Assembly: GCA_038087875.1 (NCBI GenBank)
Contig: JAXLNO010000106.1
Coordinates: 64,001-98,191, forward strand
Direction: 5' to 3'
Source of the DNA: Malacoraja senta
Taxonomy: Eukaryota
DNA length: 34,191 bases
The notes beneath the pieces were generated by a model that was not told the DNA's origin, made no database searches, and saw nothing but the letters and a program-made list of their open reading frames with translations. Below, in pieces: positions 9,095-20,181 of this stretch (position 1 is the first letter of the stretch; each line of letters opens with the position of its first letter). A program made the position numbers and the translations under genes.

Positions 9095-12000
9095 GGTAAC
9101 TGCCCTGGCTGGTTCATCTCCTACCTCAAACGTAGGAGTTTCTCGACTAACATAGGCAATTCTTTCTCCTCCCCAGCTAATCTCTGCTGTGGGGTTCCAC
9201 AAGGTTCCATCCTTGGCCCCATTCTCTTCTCCCTGTATATGCTCCCCTTAGGCCAAGTCATTGAAAGGCACGGCATTTCCTTCCATTGCTACGCAGATGA
9301 TACACAACTCTATCCCCCCCCTGAAGCCCAAAAACCAATCAAATCTGTTTAACCTTACCCACTGCCTCGAGGATATAAAGTGTTGAATGGCCCAGAACTT
9401 CCTGCAACTAAACGAGAGTAAGTCTGAGGTCATCCTTCTCGGCCCCTCGGACTCAATCAAAATGATAGCAGGTAGCCTTGGAAGCCTTACCCCACTACTC
9501 AAACCTCACGCCAAAAACCTTGGCGCGATATTTGACTCAGCACTGAAATTTGACAAACAAGTCAATTCCGTGGTTTTGTGTCTCAATGCAAGGAGCATTC
9601 GTAATAAGGTGGATGAGTTGAACGTGCAGATAGCTATTAATGATTATGATATAGTCGGGATCACGGAGACATGGCTCCAGGGTAGCCAAGGCAGGGAGCT
9701 GAACATCCAGGGATATTCAATATTCAGGAGGGATAGAGAGAAAGGAAAAGGTGGTGGAGTAGCGTTGCTGGTTAGAGAGGAGATTAACGCAGTGGAAAGG
9801 AAGGACATTAGCTTGGAGGATGTGGAATCGGTATGGGTAGAGCTGCGAAACACTAAGGGGCAGAAAACGCTGGTGGGTGTTGTGTACAGGCCACCTAGCA
9901 GTAGTAGTGAAGTTGGGGATGGCATCAAACAGGAAATTAGAAATGCGTGCAACAAAGGCAAAACAGTTATAATGGGTGACTTCAATCTACATATAGATTG
10001 GGTGAATCAAATTGGTAGGGGTGCTGAGGAAGAGGATTTCTTGGAATGTATGCGGGATAGTTATCTAAACCAACATGTAGAGGAACCAACGAGAGAGCAG
10101 GCTATTCTAGACTGGGTATTGAGTAATGAGGAAGGGTTAGTTAGCAGTCGTGTTGTGCGTGCCCCCTTGGGCAAGAGTGACCATAATATGGTTGAGTTCT
10201 TCATTAGGATGGAGAGTGACATTGTTAATTCAGAAACAACGGTTCTGAACTTAAAGAAAGGTAACTTTGAGGGTATGAGACGTGAATTGGCCAAGATTGA
10301 CTGGCAATTAGTTCTAAAAGTGTTGACGGTGGATATGCAATGGAAGACATTTAAAACCTGCATGGATGAACTACAAAAATTGTTCATCCCAGTTTGGCAA
10401 AAGAATAAATCAGGGAAGGTAGTGCATCCGTGGATAACAAGGGAAATCAGGGATGGTATCAAAGCAAAAGATGTTGCGTACAAATTAGCCAGAAAAAGCA
10501 GCATACCAGAGGACTGGGAGAAATTCAGAGACAAGCAGAGGAGGACAAAGTGCTTAATTAGGAAAGGGAAAATAGATTATGAAAGAAAACTGGCAGGGAA
10601 CATAAAAACTGACTGCAAAAGTTTTTATAGATATGTGAAGAGAAAGAGATTAGTTAAAACAAATGTAGGTCCCTTGCAGTCAGAAACAGGTGAATTGATC
10701 ATGGGGAACAAGGATAGTCGGGAAGTGGTGTTGGGTAAATTGAATGGATTATAGGCCGATAAATCACCAGGGCCAGATAGGCTGCATCCCAGAGTACTTA
10801 AGGAAGTAGCTCCAGAAATAGTGGATGCATTAGTGATAATTTTTCAAAACTCTTTAGATTCTGGAGTAGTTCCTGAGGATTGGAGGGTAGCAAACGTAAC
10901 CCCACTTTTTAAGAAGGGAGGGAGAGAGAAAACGGGGAATTACACACCAGTTAGTCTAACATCGGTAGTGGGGAAACTGCTAGAGTCAGTTATTAAAGAT
11001 GGGATAGCAGCACATTTGGAAAGTGGTGAAATCATTGGACAAAGTCAGCATGAATTTACGAAAGGTAAATCATGTCTGACGAATCTTACAGAATTTTTCG
11101 AGGATGTAACTAGTAGAGTGGATAGGGGAGAACCAGTGGATGTGTTGTATCTGGACTTTCAGAAGGCTTTCGACAAGGTCCCACATAAGAGATTAGTATA
11201 CAAACTTAAAGCACACGGTATTGTGGGTTCAGTATTGATGTGGATAGAGAACTGGCTGGCAAACAGGAAGCAAAGAGTAGGAGTAAACGGGTCCTTTTCA
11301 CAATGGCAGGCAGTGACTAGTGGGGTACCGCAAGGCTCAGTGCTGGGACCCCAGCTATTTACAATTTATATTAATGAACTGGATGAGGGAATTGAAGGCA
11401 ACATCTCCAGGTTTGCGGATGACACTAAGCTGGGGGGCAGTGTTAGCTGTGAGGAGGATGCTAGGAGCCTGCAAGGTGACTTGGATAGGCTGGGTGAGTG
11501 GGCAAATGTTTGGCAGATGCAGTATAATGTGGATAAATATGAGGTTATCCATTTTGGTGGCAAAAACAGGAAAGCAGTCTATTATCTAAATGGTGGCCGA
11601 TTAGGAAAAGGGGAGCTGCAGCGAGACCTGGGTGTCATGGTACACCAGTCATTGAAAGTAGGCATGCAGGTGCAGCAGGCAGTGAAGAAAGCGAATGGTA
11701 TGTTAGCTTTCATAGCAAAAGGATTTGAGTATAGGAGCAGGGAGGTTCTACTGCAGTTGTACAGAGTCTTGGTGAGACCACACCTGGAGTATTGCGTACA
11801 GTTTTGGTCTCCAAATCTGAGGAAGGACATTATAGCCATAGAGGGAGTGCAGAGAAGGTTCACCAGACTGATTCCTGGGATGTCAGGACTTTCATATGAA
11901 GAAAGACTGGATAGACTCGGCTTATACTCGCTAGAATTTAGGAGATTGAGAGGGGATCTTATAGAAACTTACAAAATTCTTATGGGGTTGGACAGGCTAG

Positions 12001-13047
12001 ATGCAGGAAGATTGTTCCCGATGTTGGGGAAGTCCAGGACAAGGGGTCACAGCTTAAGGATAAGGGGGAAATCTTTTAAGACCGAGATGAGAAAAAACGT
12101 TTTCACACAGAGAGTGGTGAATCTCTGGAACTCTCTGCCACAGAGGGTAGTTGAGGCCAGTTCATTGGCTATATTTAAGAGGGAGTTAGATGTGGCCCTT
12201 GTGGCTAAAGGGATCAGGGGGTATGGAGAGAAGGCAGGTACGGGATACTGTGTTGGATGATCAGCCATTATCATATTGAATGGCGGTGCAGGCTCGAAGG
12301 GCCGAATGGCCTACTCCTGCACCTATTTTCTATGTATCTATGTATCTATGTGGTAAAAGCTAGCTTCTTTCAGCTTCGGACGATAGCTAAAATAAAACAA
12401 TTCCTCCAGTTTGATGACCTCGAAAAGATCATCTACACATTCATCTCCTCCCGCCTAGATTACTGCAACTCCCTTTACACTGGCATCAACCAATCTTCCC
12501 TGACCCGCCTGCAACTGGTCCAAAACGCCGCAGCGAGACTCCTGACGGGCACCCGTAAAAGGGACCACATCACCCCGATCCTGGCCTCTCTCCACTGGCT
12601 CACTGTGCGGTTCCGTATAAACTTCAAGATCCTCCTCCATGTCTACAAAGCCCTCAATGGGCTTGCCCCCACCTACATAAAAGGTCTTCTCACCCACCAC
12701 TCCACCTCCAGGCCCCTCAGATCGGCCGACTTGGGGTTGCTGAATATCCCACGGTCTAGGCATAAGCTCAGGGGCGACCGCGCCTTTGCGGTTGCAGCCC
12801 CTAGACTGTGGAACAGCATCCCCTTTCCCATCAGAACCGCCCCCTCCATCGACTCTTTTAAGTCAATACTAAAGACTTATCTATACTCCCAAGACTTTCC
12901 TGACGTCCTCTGAGTGAGGGCTACATGTATATATGTATGTAGTTTGTTTTGTTTGTGCTATTCTTATAACAAATGTAAAGCACTTTGGCCAACGAGAGTT
13001 GTTTTGTAAATGTGCTATATAAATAAAAGTGACTTGACTTGACTTGA
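9095..13047 (+). mobile_element. 5'-truncated L2 LINE, split by a nested CR1 (L2 parts 9095-9574 and 12355-13047)
   Basis: GVPQGSILGP, FHCYADDTQLY, QNFLQLN.SKSE, SRLDYCNSL, QLVQNAAARL, HITPILASLHWL, GDRAF motifs; (gactt)n tail; TSD ctttcca at 9088-9094 and 13048-13054. Confidence 0.93.
9575..12349 (+). mobile_element. Young CR1 LINE with near-complete ORF2 (APE endonuclease + RT), one nonsense codon and an internal deletion
   Basis: LNARS, ITETWL, VYRPP, MGDFN, SDHN then QG-SVLGP, FADD; same frame across TAG at 10752-10754; (tatgtatc)n tail; TSD gtggt at 9570-9574 and 12350-12354. Confidence 0.96.
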
Positions 13048-13134
13048 CTTTCCATGCCCAGCAGAGAAATGCAATGGCATATACTGTCAAAAGCACCAGT
13101 CCCATGATCAATGTAATGACAATCACAATGTTCT
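13048..13134 (-). CDS. Transmembrane-helix exon (x)NIVIVITLIMGLVLLTVYAIAFLCWAWK, interrupted by the L2 insertion
   Basis: Branch point/acceptor aactaatttttacctacttgcctttcaccag|, 28 open, mostly hydrophobic codons; native donor now at 9078-9077. Confidence 0.7.
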
Positions 13135-13217
13135 CTGGTGAAAGGCAAGTAGGTAAAAATTAGTTTGAATAACAAAACCTGTAACCAAAACAGAAAGCTC
13201 TCTAGCGATCAGAAGGC

Positions 13218-13762
13218 TGTGGTGCCAGGGGTGGTGTGGGGAAGTGGAGACCTTGGAAAAAGACTACAGCGACACACTCATAGTAGGCTGAACTTTCATG
13301 AAAAGGGTTATTTATTGTAAAGGAGGATGGTGAGAAGGTCCAGGTCCATGTGGGGGCATAATCATCCGTTGTCTATGAGCAAATGAGGAGATGCTGGCAG
13401 TCTCGGGCTTGTCCCAGCCGCTTGGTCCTGCTCTCTGTGTGGTGGCACAGTCCCTCTTCATCTGTAGGGAGGTGAGGAGTTGCTGGCGGTCGCAAGCTTG
13501 TTCCAGCGGCTCAGTCTTACTCCAAGAAGTGGCACTGGCAGTCTCAGGCCTGACGGGGTAGCTCAATTTTACCTTGAGTAGGTGGTGCTAGCGGTCTCAG
13601 GTCTACATCAAGCAGGAGACGCTTGCAGTCCCAGGCTCGTCCCTGCTTCCCAGTCTTGCTCTGTTGTTGGAGTTTGTCGTCATCTAACATGTTGACAGAA
13701 TTGGTCACCCGACGCGTTACAATACAGAGTGCATCGTGTCGTCGTTTTCAGGGATCGCCACG
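13218..13762 (-). mobile_element. Probable solo LTR
   Basis: Imperfect terminal inverted repeat tgtggtg...cgccacg, 4-bp flanks aggc/agga, minus-strand AATAAA ~90 nt from the 3' end, internal repeated gcagtctcaggc-like motif. Confidence 0.5.
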
Positions 13763-13766
13763 AGGA

Positions 13767-14070
13767 TGCTTCTGTCATTTGTTTCAGAATGCTTCAAACT
13801 ATAATAACTGAAAATGTCATTCAGTTCTCTTCATTTTTAAGAAAGTTATGGGCTTTTGACTGTCCTCGATCACAGCTTTTGTGTTAAGTCAATGGGAAAG
13901 CAATAGGGAACAAGATGCTAATTTCCGAGTATGAAAATGGCCATAACTTTTTTAATACTGAAGTTATGAAAGTGAATTAGGTGTCAAATTAAATTTCTTT
14001 TTATGCTTTATCTGATGGGATAAATTGCAGACTTGATTTTTTAAATCTCAAAATTTTGTTGCATTGCTAC
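13767..14070. mobile_element. Possible non-autonomous DNA-transposon remnant hosting the solo LTR
   Basis: AT-rich non-coding block with aagttatg/cataactt inverted motifs; termini and TSD not established. Confidence 0.3.
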
Positions 14071-14189
14071 AGTCAGATCCTTCTTCTGCCTTCAAAAGCT
14101 CACTACCAGTGCACGTTGCTCTCAGGACGGCCACCCACCTGCTGGGAGACCAGCAAAGTTCAGGCAGACCAAAGAGCATCTTTCACCTT

Positions 14190-14742
14190 TTCGCAAAGTT
14201 GGATTTGCAAATAGAATCTGGAGAAGGATGCAAGCGTCCCTATCAAGGTTTATCCCGAACAGCTCTGTAACAGAAGACTCTGATTTACAGACTGTTCCCC
14301 GGGACACATTCAGACACACATCGTGCTGCTGGGAGCTCATTAACTCTGTGAAAGACGCTCTTTGGTCTGCCTGCACTTTGTTGGTCTCCCAGCAGAGCGA
14401 GATGTCTGTCAGGGAATGTTGTCGACTGGCCTACTCCAGACTGCAGGAGTATATGCGGAGGGACGCACTGAAGCTTGGTGCAGCCAACGCCAAGGCTCTG
14501 TGGGGGAGGACAACAGTGTACGATTCTATTAGAGGGCAGGGTGTGGTGGAGGTGCCCTTTAAATAAGGAAAGGGTTTTCACACCAGGGGGCCACATGAGT
14601 ATCAGTGAAATATTTGTGAACACTACGATACGATGCAAATGGATGTATGTATGTATAGCCTTCAAGAATGTCGGACGAATTGTTGCACAGTTCTTGTTTG
14701 GTATATATGTTTAATATTGAATAAAGTTTATTTTGATTAAAA
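14190..14742 (+). mobile_element. Tx1-like LINE 3' end
   Basis: CWELINSVKDALWSA...ECCRLAYSRLQEY..RDALKLGAANAKALWG, then 3'UTR with aataaagtttattttgattaaaa. Confidence 0.7.
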
Positions 14743-14924
14743 TGCTACAGCTCACTGTTCAACACCATTATCCACTCCAAACCTGTTATAAAGCTTCAAG
14801 AACTGGGTCTCTGAGCATCCTTATGCAACATGATCCTTGAGCGCTCATCACAGATCACAATGAGTACAAAGTGGCAACAAAACCTGCTCCTCAGTAACCA
14901 TTGTGACAGTGCCCTCTCACTAGG

Positions 14925-15360
14925 AGGTTGCTCCGATCCCTTTAACTGGCGGCCGAAGCTCAAGCAATGGGGGGTGATCGAAGCTCCCGCGATCGGGGCA
15001 GTCGAAGCTCCAGCGGCTTGGAGCTGCTGAAGTCAGTCCCTAACCAATGGACCACGGGCTCCACTATGTTAAGTCCGCAGGTTCCAGCGGTGGAGCTCCC
15101 GAGGGCGATCCCCAGCAAAGGGACTGGCAGCACCACGATGTTAGGCTGCAGTGCGGACGGAGAAACGATACGGAAAAAAAATCTCATCTCCGTCGAGGAA
15201 AAGAGATAAAAAAAGTTTCCCCCAACCTCCCCCCCCCCTAAAATAATAGAAAGCTAAAGATACACTAAAACATACATTTAACAACATACTATAAACAACA
15301 AAGAAAGAAGAGGACGAGACAGACAGTTGGCGAGGTTGCCATCGACTGCGCCACGCAGTG
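14925..15360 (-). mobile_element. 5' part of a CpG-rich non-autonomous retroelement related to 2768-3615
   Basis: Shared layout: GC-rich body, aaaagtttccccc..ccccc, A-rich spacer, and end motif ggttgccatcgactgcgcc versus ggcagccatactcgacggcgcc. Confidence 0.55.
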
Positions 15361-15604
15361 GAAATAACATAAACCATACGTGTTCACTCTATTGCACCTG
15401 TCAGTGAGATTACTGCCGACTCGCAGTATTCGTCCTATATGCCACACCATCAACAGCTCTGCATCTAAGGGCTGCTCAGTCCCCTCACTGTTCAGTCTGC
15501 ACCCATGACTGTGTGGCCTGACAAAGTTCTAATGCCATCTTGTTCGATGAATTATGGTTAATGATGAGGCGGAGTATAAGAGAGAGATGTATGGCCAACT
15601 CTCG

Positions 15605-15692
15605 ATGTTCTCCAGAGATGGTGCATGAACCACTGAGTTACTCCAGCACTTTGTGTCTTTCTCTGTAAACCAGCATCTGCAGTTCCTTGTTT
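15605..15692 (+). repeat. Tail of the hammerhead-associated short repeat
   Basis: ttctccagagatggtgcatgaaccactgagttactccagcactttgtgtc matches 26955-27005. Confidence 0.7.
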
Positions 15693-16149
15693 TTTCAAAC
15701 CTGGTCTCAACATCACTACGATCTAGGAGCTTAGAAAAGGGAAGCAGAGGATGCACGAACCTGTCTTTGTTGCTAGATCGGTCATGGAGAGAGAATGCAT
15801 ATCTCTGAAGATATGTCATGGGCCCAGTCCATTGATGTAATGATCAATAAAGCCCATCAAGCCTCTGATTCCTTAGAAGATTGAGGAGATTTGGTATGTT
15901 GACAAATACTTTCTTGAACTTCTACAGGTGTACAGTAAAGAGCATATTGATTGGTTGCATCACAGCCTGATTCGGCAGCTCCAACACCCAGGAATGAAAA
16001 TGATTACAAGTGATGGATGCTGCCCATTCCATCAAGGGTATTGACCACCCCACAATTGAAGGGATCTATAGGAGGCACTGTCTCAAAGATCCACACCACC
16101 CAGGTCATGCATTCATTTCACTCCTACCATTAGGAAGAAGGTATAGGAG

Positions 16150-16226
16150 TCTCCAGGTTCTGGAAGAACTTCCATGATCTCCAGGTTCAGGAAGAACTTC
16201 CATGATTTCCAGCTTCAGGAAGAACT
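16150..16226 (+). repeat. 28-bp tandem repeat, ~2.75 copies
   Basis: tctccaggttc(t/a)ggaagaacttccatga at 16150 and 16178, partial copy at 16206. Confidence 0.9.
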
Positions 16227-16299
16227 GCTTCCCAATAACCATTAAGCTGTTGAACACATACTAAACAATGCACTGTGTTGGTTGCACAACGTGCTTAAG

Positions 16300-16401
16300 G
16301 GAAGAACGGGGTAGTGATTGGGGATGATCAGCCATGATCACATTGAATGGTGGTGCTGGCTCGAAGGGCCGAATGGCCTACTCCTGCACCTATTGTCTAT
16401 T
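16300..16401 (+). mobile_element. Very short CR1 3' tail
   Basis: Near-identical to 7430-7530, including the tattgtctattg tail. Confidence 0.9.
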
Positions 16402-16404
16402 GTT

Positions 16405-17745
16405 TCGCAATAGTATTGGGGTTTATTAATTTTTTGAATTTTCCGATGCATTACAGAACAACAAATCCAAAATTGCCTTTTCTTTGGTCAGCTCAACTAC
16501 AAGCTGCTCAAAGAAACCATCTTGGAGGCATTCTACAAATTTCCTCTCTTGGGGTCCAGTACCAACCTGATTTTTCCAGTAATCCCCCATGATCACTGCA
16601 ACATTGCCTTGCATACATGTCAATTAAATCCCCTGATGTACTTTGTAAATTATATCTTGGATACTGTTCGGGGGCCTGTAAATAACTCCCATCAGGGTCT
16701 TTTTACCCTTGCAGTTTTTTAGTTCTAGTCACAAGGTCATCTGGTGATCCTATTTCACTCCTTGCTAAGGACCCAATTTCATTCCTTGCCAGCAGAGCTA
16801 CCCTACCTTTCTGCCCATCTGTCTGTCATTTTGATATGATCTGTAACCTTGGAAAATCAGCTCCGAGCTGTAATCCACTCAACCACACCTCTGTAATGCT
16901 CACAACGAACCTACCAATTTCTAACTGTACTACAAACTCATCAACTTTACTCCTTATACTACATGCATTCAAATATAACACCTTTAATTTGGTATTCACC
17001 ACTCCTCCTCTCACATTGGTCCTGATCTTACCTGACTTTACTCTCTTATCCCTCTTAAACTTTCCGTCCTATTACTCCTGCACTCTGCTTCCATTTAATT
17101 TCATTCATACATTACCAATTTGTTGACGCCCACACACACACAATTGTGTTTAAAGCCTTATTTACAAAGCCCTCAATGGGCTTGCCCCCACCTACATTAA
17201 AAGTCTGCTCACCCACCACATCACCTCCAGGTCCCTCAGATTGGCCGACGGGGTTGCTGAATATCCCACGGTCTAGGCATAAGCTCAGGGGCGACCGCGC
17301 CTTTGCGGTTGCAGCTCCTAGACTGTGGAACAGCATCCCTCTTCTCATCAGAACTGCCCCCTCCATCGACTCCTTTAAGTCGAGAATAAAAACTCACCTG
17401 TACTCCCAAGCCTTTCTTGACTTCCTCTGAGCGAGGGCTATATGTATGTAGTTGGTTTGTTATACTATTCTTATACCAATGTAAAGCACTTTGGCCAACG
17501 AGAGTTGTTTTTTAAATGTGCTATATCAATAAATGTGAATTGACTTGACTTATGGTTAAGCAGTTTGCAAGGAACCCGATACCAGTCGAGTTCAAGTGGT
17601 GGCCATCCCAGTAGAACAGCTCCCTCTTTCCCCAATACTGGTGCCCATGTCCCACAAATTCAAACCCACTTCCACCACACCAATCTTTGAGGCACATGTT
17701 CAACTCTTTAATCTTCTCAATCCTGTGCCAATTAGCACGTGGCTG
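16405..17745 (-). mobile_element. CR1 fragment (ORF1 esterase C-terminus plus APE domain) split by an L2
   Basis: LKDWCGGSGFEFVGH...DGHHLN (SGNH-type ORF1), LKVLYLNACSIRSKVDE, SITEVWL, IMGD motifs. Confidence 0.85.
17160..17551 (+). mobile_element. L2 3' fragment, same subfamily as 12355-13047
   Basis: GLLNIPRSRHKLRGDRAFAVAAPRLWNSIP identical to the other copy; ttgacttgact tail. Confidence 0.93.
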
Positions 17746-17774
17746 TGCTTTTCTATTTAGTGCTTATTTAGCAG

Positions 17775-18145
17775 TTCAAGCTCACATTTATTTGTCACAT
17801 GCACCAATTAAGGTACAGTGAAATGATTTTACCATGCAGTCATGACAGTAAAAAGCAACAAAACACACAATTAACACAATTTAACACAAACTTCCATCAC
17901 AGTGAATCTCCAGGCACCTCCTCACTGTGATGGAAGGCAAAAAATCAAACTGCTGCATCGAGGCGATCGATATTGAAGCCTCCGCCGGGCGATGGTAGAT
18001 CCTGCGGCTGATTTTAAGCTGCGCCGGGCGATGAAAGACCCCGCGAACGGGCCGATACAAACCCCGCGATTCGTGGAGGACGAAGCTGCTGTTGCGGGAG
18101 CTCCCGAAAATCGGTCAACTACCAGGGACCTGCGAACTCCAGATA
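17775..18145 (-). mobile_element. 3' part of a CpG-rich non-autonomous retroelement
   Basis: Tail tttatttgtcacatgcaccaattaaggtacagtgaaatg matches 2796-2845, followed by a CpG-rich body. Confidence 0.6.
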
Positions 18146-18149
18146 TTAC

Positions 18150-18739
18150 AATCATAGAAACATAGGTGCAGGAGGAGGCCATTCGGCCCTTCGATCCCTT
18201 CATCATGGCTCATCATCCCCAATCAATAACCCGTGCCTGCCTTCTCCCCATATCCCTTGATTCCACTAGCCCCTAGAGCTCAATCTATCTCTCTCTTAAA
18301 TTCATCCAGTGACTTGGGCTCCACTGCCTTCTGTGGCAGGGAATTCCACAAATTCACAACTTTCTGGGTGAAAACGTTTTTTCTCAGTCTTAAATGGCCT
18401 CCCCTTTGTTCTAAGACCCTGGTACTGGACTCGCCCAACATTGGGAACATTTTTCCTGCATCTAGCTTGTTCAGTCCTTTTGTAATTTTATATGTTTCTA
18501 TAAGATCCCCCTCATCCTTTTAAACTCCAGTGAATACAAGCCTAGTCTTTTCAATCTTTCCTCATATGACAGTCCCACCATCCCAGGGATCAATCTCGTG
18601 AACCTACGCTGCACTTCCTCAATCACAAGGATGTCCTTCCTCAAATTGGGAGACCAAAACTGTACACAATACAACAGATGTGGTCTCACCACAGCCCTAT
18701 ACATAGAAACATAGAAACATAGAAAATAGGTGCAGGAGT
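18150..18739 (-). mobile_element. CR1 3' fragment (18150-18700) abutting a second isolated CR1 tail (18701-18739)
   Basis: [20 protein letters not shown]; (catagaaa)n...aggtgcaggag occurs at both ends. Confidence 0.9.
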
Positions 18740-19352
18740 GGGATCCAGGATGAGCTGGCAAATTGGATATAACATTGCCTTGATGGAAGGTGTAGGAGGG
18801 TGGTAGTGGAGGGTTGATTTTCAGATTAAATGGCTGCGACCAGCCGTGTGTCCACTGTTATTTGCCATATATACTGGTTTGGATGAGAGTGTTTGTGGAT
18901 GGCACCAGAATTGGTCGTATGGTGGTTTGAAGTTACAACAGAATCTAGATCAACTGGGAAAGTGGGCAAAGGAATGACAGATGGATAAGGAAGTTAAACC
19001 TGAGCAGGACTTACCTAGTAACTAAAATGGCCTGCGGAGTGTTATAGAACATAAAGACAGTTCCCTGAAAGTGACAACACCAATGATAAGGGGAGTGAAG
19101 AAGGCATGTGGCACGCTTACTTTCATTGATCAATGCATTGAGTACAATAGTTGGAACAAGTTGTATAAGTAGTTGGTGAAACTGCACCTGATAGTTGTAT
19201 GCTGTTCTGGTCATTATACTGTAGCTGGAAAGGGCGTATAAACAGTTCACAAGGATCATGTCAGTACCAGAGTGCTTAAGTTGTAAGGAGTGAAAGGATA
19301 GGCTGGGATTGTTTTTCCTGGAGCGTGGGAGGTCCAGAGGTGACTTATAGAG
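18740..19352 (+). mobile_element. Old degenerate CR1 RT fragment
   Basis: LQQNLDQLGKWAKE, VKKACG, ggataggctgggattgtttttcctggagcg..agaggtgacttatagagg; ends abruptly. Confidence 0.75.
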
Positions 19353-20181
19353 GTCAAGAATGTTTAATGGTCATATGTACTGAAAAATAAACAGTTACAT
19401 TCTTATTTGCAGCAGCATAATAGATCTATAAACACAGTATACAACATAATAAGCAAAAAATAAATCAATAATTTCAAAATGCCAAACTCCACAAAAAAGC
19501 ATGATGTCTTTAGTAGATAGAACAGTACAGCACAGGAACGGCCCTTCGGCCCACACTGTTTGTGCTGAACCTGATGCCTAGTTAAACTGGTGTTATCTGC
19601 CTCTACACAATCCATATTCCTCTGTTGCCTGCACTTCCATGGTTATCTAAAGCCTCTTAAACACCACATTCATATCAGCCTCCACCACCACCCTTAGCAA
19701 TGGACAAGCCCAGACCACTGTCAGTTGAAAAAAAAAACTTGTCCTGCACATCTCCTTTAAACTTTCCCACTTTCACCTTTTAGCTATGTCCTCTGGTGTT
19801 GTATATTTCCACCCTGGGGAAAAAGGTTATGACTGTCTACCCTATCAATGTTTCTCATAATTTTACATACTTCTATCAAGTCTCACAACCTCTGACATCC
19901 CATAGAAAACAATCCAAGACTATCTAACTTCTCCCTGTAGCTGAAACCCTCTAATCCAGGCAGCATTCTGGTAAACCACCTTTGCATCCTCTCCAAAGCC
20001 TCCACATCTTTCCTGTAATGGGCTAGCAGAACTGTATGCAACATACCAAAAACAGCCTAACCTACAGAGCTGCATCATGATTTCCTAACTCGTATGTTCA
20101 ATGCCACTAGCAATGAAGGCAAGCATATCATACCTCTTCTTTACAGGGTCCACTTCCTGTCCACTTGTGCTATCACCTTTA

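Larger units (their letters stand above)
14745..16265 (+). mobile_element. Decayed Rex1/Babar-like LINE (interrupted)
   Basis: Remnants of YSS.FNTII, GC.LSP..F....HDCVA, NFYRCTVKSILIGCITA and GRRYRSL. Confidence 0.7.

Noticed and set aside
13048..13134. CD47 assignment from NIVIVI similarity to CD47 ENILIVI
   Set aside because: The match is short and low-complexity, and the rest of the peptide and the exon boundary do not correspond.
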